Below are positions 11,541 to 21,118 of a DNA stretch of 64,000 nucleotides, in pieces. The first letter of the stretch is position 1. Each line of letters starts with the position of its first letter. Under the pieces are notes generated by a model. The model was not told the DNA's origin and did not search any database. It worked only from the letters and a program-made list of their open reading frames with translations. The stretch covers positions 79,856,001-79,920,000 of the forward strand of contig CM069133.1 of assembly GCA_035221665.1 (NCBI GenBank), read 5' to 3'. Made by a program: the position numbers and the translations under genes. Origin of the DNA: Okamejei kenojei. Taxonomy: Eukaryota.

Positions 11541-12125
11541 TGTAGGAAAGAACTGCAGATTCTGGTTTAAATCAAAGGTAGATACAAAATACTGGAGCAA
11601 CTCAGTGGGACAGGCAGCATCTCTGGAGAGAAGGAATGGGCGACGTTTCGGGTCGAGACCCTTCTTCAGACTTTTGAATGTGGTGTTCGGCTCTGTAGAA
11701 ACAAGGAACTGCAAATGTTGGTCTACTAAGGAAAGACAAAATGCTGGAGTGATTCAAGATGTTTAAGAAACAACTGTAGATGCTGGAAAAATCAAATGTG
11801 GACAAAAATGTTAGAGAAACTCAGCGGGTGAGGCAGCATTATGGAGCGATGGAATAGGTAACGTTTCGGGTCGAGATCCTTCTTCAGACTGTTGTAGGGG
11901 TGGGGGGTGGGAAGAAGGAAGGAAGAGGCAGAGACAGTGGGATGTGGGAGAGCTGGGAAGAGGAGGGGAAGGAGGGAGAAAGCAAGGACTACCTGAAATT
12001 GGAGAAGTCAATGTTCATACCGCTGGGGTGTAAACTACCCAAGCAAAATATTCAAGCGGTCAGGCAGCATCCCTGGAGAACACAGATAGATGGCATTTCA
12101 GATCGGGAACCTTCTTGTCTGAAGA
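11541..12125 (-). mobile_element. Cluster of three adjacent or nested PLE terminal units
   Basis: Three gaactgcagatgctgg/aaatgctggag units; the middle one (~11759-12048) is flanked by attcaag duplications inside the third. Confidence 0.8.
11638..11672 (-). ncRNA. Minimal hammerhead ribozyme motif (best copy)
   Basis: Minus strand AGU CUGAAGA A GGGUC UC GACCC GAAA CG UC GCCC: all conserved core nucleotides present, perfect stem II. Confidence 0.75.
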
Positions 12126-12129
12126 TACA

Positions 12130-12702
12130 CCCTGCCCTCCACTTGAGTGAGGTAGGAATAAACAGCAGGAATAGCATCGGGGGAAGCACCTAGTTGGTCG
12201 ACACATCTAGTGGCGCTTTCGCCGGGACCACATGCAGCGATTCTTCGGCAGAGAGCTTTCATCCCAGAAGTAGGAACATCCACCCATCCATCCTCTGTCT
12301 CCTGATGATTTCTGGAAAGCAAGTCCGCATCAATGTTTTCACGACCAGGCTTAAACTGAACGTTGAATTCATAGGTGGAGAGGGCAGCTAGCCACCTGTG
12401 GTCTGTGGCATTAAGCTTGGCAGTGGTTAAGACATACGTGAGCGGATTATTATCCGTTCTCACAGTGAATTTGGTGCCATACAAATAGTCATGGAACTTA
12501 TCGACTACCGCCAATTTCAAAGCTGGAAATTCTAACTGGTGGATGGGATTGTTCCGCTCTGACTGACTGGCGAAAGCAACTGGACGGAGTCCTTCAGGAT
12601 GCTCTTGATTCATTCAGGCTTGCGTCTACATGCAATATGTAGGGCCTTGTCGTGTCCGCGAAAGCCAACACAGGAGCATGCGTGAGCTTGTGGATGATGG
12701 TG
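12130..12702 (-). mobile_element. Gypsy/Ty3 pol remnant (RNase H)
   Basis: ORF 12098-12613 'LRPVAFAS..ERNNPIHQLEF.ALK.AV.DKFHDYLYG.KFTVRTDNNPLTYVL...RWLAAL..Y.F.VQFKPGRENIDADLLSR'. Confidence 0.88.
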
Positions 12703-12703
12703 T

Positions 12704-13735
12704 AAACATAGAAACATAGAAATTAGGTGCAGGAGCAGGCCATTCGGCCCTTCGAGCCTGCACCGCCATTCAATATGATCATGGCTGATCATCCAACTCA
12801 GTATCCTGTACCTGCCTTCTCTCCATAACCCCTGATCCCTTCAGCCACAAGGGCCACATCCAACTCCCTCTTAAATATGGCCAACGAACTGGCCTCAACT
12901 ACCTTCTGTGGCAGAGAATTCCACAGATTCACCACTCTCTGTGTGAAAAACGATTTTCTCATTTCGGTCCTAAAATACTTCCCCCTTATCCTTAAACTGT
13001 GACCCCTTGTCCTGGATTTCCCCAACATCGGGAACAATCTTCCTGCATCTAACCTGTCCAACCCTTTAAGGATTTTGTAAGTCTCTATGAGATCACTCCT
13101 CAATCTTCTAAGTTCCAGCGAGTACAAGCCAAGTCTATCCAGTCTTTCTTCATATGGAAGTCGTGCCTTCCCAGGAATCAGTCTGGTGAACCTTCTCTGC
13201 ACTCCCTCTATGGCAAGAATGTCTTTCCTCAGATTAGGAGACCAAAACTGTACGCAATACTCCAGGTGTGGCCTCATCAAGACCCTGTACAACTGCAGTA
13301 GAACCTCCCTGCTCTTGTACTCAAACCCTTTTGCTATGAATGCCAACATGCCATTCGCTTTCTTCACAGCCTGCTGCACCTGCATGCCTACATTCAATGA
13401 CTGGTGTACCATGACACCCAGGTCTGGCTGCATCTACCCTTTTCCTAATGGGTCACCATTCAAATAATAGTTTACCTTCCTGTTTTTGCCACCAAAGTGG
13501 ATAACCTCACATTTATCCACATTATACTGCATCTGCCATGCATTTGCCCACTCACCCAGTCTATCCAAGTCATCCTGCAGCCTCCTAGCATCCTCCTCAC
13601 AGCTAACACTGCCCCCCAGCTTCGTGTCATCCGCAAACTTCGAGATGTTGCATTTAATTCCCTCGTCCAAATCATTAATGTAAATTGTAAATAGCTGGAG
13701 TCCCAGCACTGAGCCTTGCGGCACCCCCGAGGCAT
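12704..13735 (-). mobile_element. CR1 LINE, ~1 kb 5'-truncated, well preserved
   Basis: 'SGVPQGSVLG..LFTIYINDLD', 'SKFADDTKLGG', '[13 protein letters not shown]', 'FFTQRVVNLWNSLP'; one in-frame stop at 13434-13436; (TTTCTATG)n tail at 12704-12722. Confidence 0.95.
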
Positions 13736-13980
13736 CAAAAGGCGTCATCACAAGCTAAGGTCCAACGGTCGCTAAACGGCTCTGAGACTTTAAAGTTGTC
13801 TTTCCTGTCCTTGAAGGTGGTTTTATTTTTGTGTTGAGCTGGAGGGTACCCTTTAGTTAGGTCTGTGAGAGGGCGGACAGTGGCAGAATAGTTCTCAATG
13901 AACCGCCGATAGTACCCACAAAATCCTAGAAACGGCCTCAGGGACTTTAGGTCAATGGGTTTCTTCCACTTGGTGATGGA
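13736..13980 (-). mobile_element. Gypsy pol remnant (RT thumb/connection), upstream part of the element at 12130-12702
   Basis: Minus strand translates 'ITKWKKPIDLKSLRPFLGFCGYYRRFIENYSATVRPLTDLTKGYP'. Confidence 0.85.
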
Positions 13981-14157
13981 TTTAAGAGAGAGTTATATAG
14001 AGCTCTAGGGGCTAGTGGAATCAAGGGATATGGGGAGAAGGCAGGCACGGGTTATTGATTGGGGACGATCAGCCATGATCACAATGAAAGGCGGTGCTGG
14101 CTCGAAGGCCAAATGGCCTTCTCCTACAACTATTTTCTATGTTTCTATGTTTCTATG
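13981..14157 (+). mobile_element. CR1 3' end
   Basis: ggaatcaagggatatggggagaaggcaggcacggg...tattttctatgtttctatgtttctatg. Confidence 0.85.
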
Positions 14158-15224
14158 AAAATGGAAACACAAACTTGAAATACTGAAATACTCAGCAGGC
14201 CAGGCAGCTTCTGTAGAGAGAGAGAGAGAGAGAAACAAAACTAATTGTTCAGATCAACGATCTTTCCTGAAGTAAGTCTATAGTCTATAGGATGAAAATG
14301 TGATGTTTAATACATTAATACTTTACAAACACGGGAGAGGAAAAGTAGCAAAATAAATAAGACGGGGAAATAAAAATATATTTTCTTCAGCAGGAAAACA
14401 TTCACTGGAAGAAGTGACGAAATCCTTGCGAGAAAAAGATGGAAATAATATGAATATAAAAGATTGTAATAAAATTATATGACTAACAGATGAGCTTGTC
14501 AACCTCCAATGTCTGAGAAAGGCTGAAATGGCAATTCATGTGCTTAAAAAATACAACATTTGTGCTGCACATTTGAGACATCATGTAGCACAATGTCACT
14601 GATGCCAGTTCAACTTTTGCAGACACTTCCTTATGATCCTTAACCAACCGCAAAAATCTTTATCTTATTGGACAGACTAGACAACCCAATGGGCAGAGTG
14701 TCTTGAGCACTCACACTTTGTGCTTTACTCCATTCACTCAGTCACGAGAGAGTCAGATCATGTATCGGATCACTTTCCATTTGTCTAGCTGCACAAACCT
14801 AAAGTACCATACATCCATTGCCAATATAATGAGGGTTATTTAACTAATACAATTATGACCCCAAACATATTGTCTTGATTTATTCTATTAAACCATGGTA
14901 ACAACTGGGGAATAAAACTCGGCCATTCGGCTCGAAGGGCCGAATGGCCTCCTCCACCTATTTTCTATGTTTTCTATGTATTCAGAAATTGGGGGATCTT
15001 GTGATTTCAAATGTCCAATCCACTTCTATTTTGTTGGATTGTACCATGATAATATTTAATCCGTAAATTATTATACAAATAGCATCCTCCAAATAACTTC
15101 CTGGTAGATATGATGATGTTATAATGTGCCATGCACCTTCCAATACAAAATAGCTCTCCAAAGTGGATAAAAATAATACTAAGGAATAACATTTTGGAGC
15201 ATAAAATTCTACCCAGTTATCAAA

Positions 15225-15356
15225 TTCACTTGGACCACTACTGGTCCTCTCACCATTTTCTAGATCTCTGTCTCCATTTCAGGAGACATACTCACCACAA
15301 CTGTTTACTATAAGCATACTGACTCCCACAGCTACCTGACTATGCCTCTTCCCACT
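15225..15356 (+). mobile_element. PLE reverse transcriptase fragment
   Basis: Frameshifted 'PFLDL.VSISGDILTTTVYYKHTDSHSYL.YASSH', matching 57905-58005. Confidence 0.65.
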
Positions 15357-16146
15357 AAAAGAAAATTAGTCACCCCAACTATCCTGAATTAAAAGTCTGT
15401 AGCCTTGTCAGCCACAACTCTTGTCATATTCTCCATGCACATTGTTATCCAGGGGGTTTAGATTTTACTCTTTCCCTTTGTGGGAATATGTTTATATGGG
15501 ATGCATTGAATGTCCCTTTTAAATGCTTCCCATTGTTATGGGAATTATTTATTTCCATGTTAAAATTTACACTTTTCTTAAATCATTTCTCCGTCGAGCA
15601 AAATTGGTGTCAAACCAAATTTAGAGTTTTCAGTCCTCTTCTACCTTTTGTCCTCTTCTATAGCTATGCTCAGTCTAATTCTATTATGATTACTGGCACA
15701 AAAATATATTCCTATTGTTATTTCTTCCATCTGCCTGGTTTCATTCCTCAAAATTAAATCCAGAAATCCAATATTTATGTCCTTACTGAATGCTGGCAAA
15801 AAATGATTTCCTGAATGAAACATTGGAACTCTGTGGCCCATATACGTTTCACTATGTATCCTAGTTAATGTTGGGGCAATTGCAACATTCAACTTTGTTG
15901 TTGCACTTAGTAAAACATTGCCTTTTAGATTTGCTCCTCTATTTAGAGTATAGAACAGGACAGCATGGGAACTGGCCTTTCAGCCCACAATATTTGTGCC
16001 GAACATGATGTCCAGTTGAACTGATCTCATCTGCCTATGTATGATCACACATCCCTCTATTCCCTGCACTTCTAGTTGCCTATTTCAAAGCTTCCTAAAT
16101 GCCACTTAAACCGTATCTGCCTCCACTAGAAATGCATTCCTGGCCC

Positions 16147-17840
16147 TGTGACAAGGGAACTGGTTCAAGGATCTGACTAGTAGAACGGATAAAAGGCACA
16201 CTTGCCTTTAATTTATAAATCAGTTTTATTATCACGAGACAGAACAAAAATAATACTTATCCCTGTATGCACGGGGGCCCGTCTTACAGCAGCACGCCAC
16301 CCTCTCAGCCTCTGTCGCGGCACTAATCGCAACCCAGCCCGTCGGTGAACCCCTCTCGTCAAGAACCACCTTATGGCTTAGAAATGATTGCCGGTAAATA
16401 CTGGCCAATAGCGCTGTTCCCAAATTCAAACTACAACCAATTGCTGGGGACTGCAACCGAGCAAAACCCCCACCCCCTTTGGAAACAACGCGTTATCAGC
16501 CACAGACTGGCGCGTAAAGCAATACACACAGCGCTACAGGCTTGGTGCGCAAAGCAATGCACATGGAGCTGGTTTGACAATAGATAATAACCAGCACCGC
16601 CATTCAATGTGATCATGGCTGATCATCCCCAATCAGTAACCCGTTCCTGCCTTCTCCCCATATTCCCTGACTGCGCTATATTTAAGAGCCCTATCTGGCT
16701 CTCTCTTGAAATTATCCAGAGAATTGGCCTCCACCGCAGTCTGAGGCAGAGAATTCCACTGACTCACAGCTCTCTGTGTGAAAAAGTGTTTCACACAGAG
16801 AGTTGTTTGTCTCTGTGTTTCACACAGAGACGGATACAAAGTACCTGTTCAACTCATCTGCCATTTCTTTGTTCCCCATAATAAAATCACCTTTTTCACT
16901 CTTCAAATGTCCAACTTTGGTCTTAACTATTTTTTACCTCTCCACATACCTAAAGAAGCTTTTACTATCCTCCTTTATATTCTTGGCTATCTTACCTTCG
17001 CACCTCATCTTTTCTCCCTGTATTGCCTTTTTAGTTATCTTCTGTAGCTCTTTAAACATTACCCAATCCTCTTGCTTCCCGTTCATCTTTGCTACGTTGT
17101 ACTTCTTCCCTTTTATTTTTATACTGCCCCTGATGTCCCTTGTCAGCCATGGTCGTCTTTGGAATCTTTTTTCCTCCTAGGAATGAACTGATCCCGCACC
17201 TTCTGTATTATTCCTAGAAATGCCTGCCATTTTTGTTCCACTTTCATCCCTGCTCGTGTATCTTTCCAGTCAACTTTGGCCTGCTCCTCCCTCATGGCTC
17301 CATAGGCCCCTTTATTCAACTGTAACACTGGCACCTCCGATTTACCCTTCTCCCTCTCCAATTGCAAAGGTTTAAACAGAGCGCTGTCAGCTTAGTGCGT
17401 GGGAATTTAAACAAAGCCCTGTTGGCTGCATCGCTGTGGATTCTAAATATAGCGCTACCGGTCACAGCGCTTATAGTCTTTAAACATAGCGCTATGCTCG
17501 TTAAACATAGCACTTTAGCCACAGCACTATGGGTCACAGACTGTTCGGGCAAAATTCTCATATAAAACATTCCACCCCTCGATCAGTCTGGTTACCGTCA
17601 CATCCGGCCCGCAGGCTTTACCATGTTACATCCGGCCCACAGGCTTACAGTCTGTGACCCATAACGCTGTGGCCGGTAGCATTATGTTTAGAACCCACAG
17701 CACTGCAGCTGACAGCCCATTGTTTAAATCCCCACGCATTAAGCAGACAGCCCTCTGTTTAAACATAGTGCTACCAGCCACAGCGCTACCAACCACAGCA
17801 CTATGGGTCACAGACTGTTCGGGAAAATTCTCGTATGACC
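16147..17840 (-). mobile_element. LTR-like / TRIM-like non-coding element, interrupted by CR1 pieces
   Basis: Inserted in a CR1 with GGCCC on both sides (16142-16146, 17841-17845); repeated start gagaatttt.cccgaacagtctgtgacccatagtgctgtgg; polypurine tract before the second copy; AATAAA and ...TGTCACA end on the minus strand. Confidence 0.5.
16591..17362 (-). mobile_element. CR1 3' end joined to an upstream ORF2 fragment (internal deletion)
   Basis: 'FFTQRAVSQWNSLPQ..FKRE' (16633-16790) and 'LNKGAYGAMREEQAKVDW...KWQAF..IIQKVRDQFIPRRKK' (17143-17362). Confidence 0.8.
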
Positions 17841-18139
17841 GGCCCCCACCACCCTCTGTGTAAAACAAAAACTTGCCCCACACATCTCCATTAAACTTCT
17901 CCCCTCTCATCTTATACATATGCCCTGTAGTGTTGGACATTTCCATCCTCAGAAAAAGATTCTGACCAATTGTTCTCTCTGCTCTTTTCTCTCCGATTTC
18001 TCCCCCGTTGTTTGAAGTACACTCCTAACAATATTATTGCCCCAATATTTGACATTTTAAATTGATTCATTTTGCTTTCTTTGACGATCATTTTCAAAGT
18101 TGTGATTGTTCCTTCAACAAATGTTGCCCCCACACCTTG

Positions 18140-18475
18140 ATTCTGAAGAAGGGTTCTGACCCGTAACATCACCAATCCATGTCCTCCAGAGATACTGCCT
18201 GTCCTGCTGAGTTACTCCAGTATTTTATTTTGTTCCCATTTTTTAAATATCCTTTTCCTTATACCCTTTTACTTCTGTAACCAGAAGTGCTAAGATTGTA
18301 GGTGTAGAAACAAGTAACTGCAGATGCTAGTTTACATAAAAGGCGCAAAGTGCTGGAGTGACTAAGCGGGTCAGGCTGCATCCCTGGAGAACATGGATCG
18401 GTCACGTTTCAGGTTGGGAGTCTTCTTCAGACTGATTGTAGGGGGGGAAGAAAGCTAGATGGAGGGGCAGGAGCA
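18140..18475. mobile_element. Two PLE terminal units (+ 18140-18230, - 18300-18475)
   Basis: ttctgaagaagggttctgacccgtaacatcacc and gtcacgtttcaggttgggagtcttcttcagact, each with the shared tail. Confidence 0.75.
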
Positions 18476-19154
18476 GTTTTTATGGAAGGCGGAAAGGTGA
18501 TCAAAAAGTAATTGTAGTCTGTAACTGCTTAGGATTGAATAGGGTGGTTAAAGAACCTGATGGGTAAAGGGAAGGAGCTGCTCTTGAACCTACCTCTTGA
18601 AGTAATGGTTGTCAGGCTGCTGTAATCTGTAATACATTATGATTCTGCATTGATTTCCGATTGTAAGAAGTATACAAGATCTGTCTCATAGGATGGGAAG
18701 ACAGGTTACCAGACCCTTTGCACTGAAATAACTCTGCTGTTTAGCTTGTTTTATAACAGTTGTTCTACAATTGAAAGACAATGATGGGCAGCATGTAGAA
18801 TGTACATAGACTATGGCCGAGTCCAGAGACTGACTTTGAGATGTAGTGATGTGCATGCTCTGCTGCCTATGCATCATTGCCAGTTGAGTATTGGCTGAAC
18901 CTTCAGCACTTTGATAGTTACCCTGCCCACCAGGCCAGACTACTCCAGATGTTTTTTGCATTATGAATCTGAGGACTGTTGTCATTGCCAATCAACTGCA
19001 AGCTGTAAGAAAGCAATGGGAACCAGATTTTTAAAGAATTTATTATCCTGGTTTGGTCTCAGGGTGCACATAACCCTCGCTTCCAAAAGGCATTGCAATC
19101 TACATTTTTAAGAAGGTTATTTTTTTCCCATCATCAAGCCAGAAGGGCTGCTCT

Positions 19155-19640
19155 GGAGACGCAAAAAATGATTCAGATGCTGTAATCTTGAACAAAACAC
19201 AAACTGATGGAGAAACTGGGCACAGGCAAAGGGAAATAGGCAAGTGACATTTCAGATCAGGACCCTTCTTCAGATTGATTGGAGTGGGGGGAGATAGCTG
19301 GAAAAGAGAGGGGGGGGTGGAGCAAAACCAGGCAAGTCACAACAACGACACATTGTGCTGGAGTAACTCAACGGGTCTTCTTCAGATACTAAGAAGGGTC
19401 AGACCCGAATAGTCACTCATCCATGTTCTCCAGATCTATGTGATCTCACCACCAGTCACATCTTCTCATCATCTTTCCGCCTTCCACACAAACTGCTCCT
19501 GCCCCTCTGCTCTTATAGCTTTCTGCCCTTCCAGCTAATCACAATCAGTCTGAAGAAGACTCCCAATGTGAAACGTGACCTATCCATGTTCTCCAGGGAT
19601 GCTGCCTGACACACTTAGTTCCTCCTGCATCTTGTGTCTT
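19155..19640. mobile_element. Cluster of PLE terminal and internal fragments in both orientations
   Basis: Decayed core motifs near 19250, 19390 and 19550 with shared tails. Confidence 0.7.
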
Positions 19641-20789
19641 TGTTTTGTTGCTGCCTGAAGCTGTGCAAACAGTAATATGGACCGTGAGAGTGAAGTGGGT
19701 GGCCCAAGGTTCCCATGAAATGCTGGGCCAAAATTTCTGCTCACAAAGTCGTATGGCATAGAAATAACTTTTGGCCCACTGGGTCAAGACCAACTATAAA
19801 AAAAAACACATACTAATTCTTCCTATTCTAATTTCTCTAAATTTCCACTGATCCCCCCTCCACACCTCACCCCCTCAGGTTCTTACGCTGACACACTACA
19901 AACAATTGCAGAGGCCATTTAACCTCCCAACCAGCCACTCGCTTCCTTACAATGCTGCCAAGTAAGATATCAAGATGCAAGGGATACACTGAGCAATCAT
20001 ACATTTGAGAGACCTTAACCTTTGCCACTGGCAATACACCAGGAAGAATACAAAGCCTCAGGAGAGAGCAAGAGAAAGGGATGAGGCACATGAGATGGTC
20101 CCATTCTAGCTGGGATATTCCCTATAGCCAACTCACTCAGTTTCACCACAATGAGTGTTACTTTGATTTCCAGTTCACAAATTTCACATCTTCCCTCTGC
20201 TGGTGACTATTACTGACTCTGTGTGCCCACAATACCTACGAAAACAATGGAGAAAATTTGATACTTCAGGCATAATTGATATTGCAAGCTACATGTACAA
20301 ATCAACTTTTGTTAAATTGTTAAGAATTAACAACTAGTCACTTGCGCACAATCTTGTATCCTTTGCATTTCCATATGCTGCCCTGCTGTGCCATCCTAAT
20401 GGCTGCAGCTGGCCATTGGGAATTTGCTGGCTGAAAGAACAAGACTCACAATAATCTTAAAGAACAGCCTGGGACTGCACTGGCTGGGGAGTTCTCTATT
20501 ACCTCACTGGCCAACAGACAATAGTATAGGCATTGGCAGAGAGGCAACGGTGAGATGAAAATGCTATCTTGTGCTCCACATCTAGCCCGGTTTGACCTTC
20601 TGTGCCAGCGAGCTGATGTTCCAGTTCAGGTGGCATTTAGAAGGTGCAAGGCCTGTGCTGAATTTGAAGCTGGCGTCCACATGATCGTTGAACAAATGGA
20701 AAAGAACATAGCGCTGGAAGGATTAAGCAAGTCGGGAAGCGAATGTAGAGCAAAAGGCTAGGTCAGGTTTTGGGTTGAGACCCTCCTTA

Positions 20790-21118
20790 AAGCCCTGTCC
20801 CATGGTATGAGTTCATTCCAAGAGTTCTCCCAAGTTTGCCCTGTTTCGAACTCGGAGATTTATGGTAATGGCCACTCGTCGGTACTCGGGGCTCTAGTGG
20901 ACATTTTTCAACATGTTGAAAAATCTTCACGAGTGTTCCCGTGCTTACCTGCCATTAGCGTGTCTTCCCGAGTACTTGCTGTTAGCGTTACGAGCTGCTA
21001 AGAGACGTCCCCGAGCTCCGATATACCCGCTACGTTCATTCTCCGTGCTTACCACGAGTTTGTTTTTTTTAAACTCGAGAGAGCTCTTGGAATGAACTCG
21101 TACCGTGGGACAGGGCTA
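20790..21118. mobile_element. PIF/Harbinger-type MITE
   Basis: TIRs aagccctgtcccatggtatgagttcattccaagag / ctcttggaatgaactcgtaccgtgggacagggcta, TTA on both sides; inserted in a decayed PLE unit. Confidence 0.85.
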
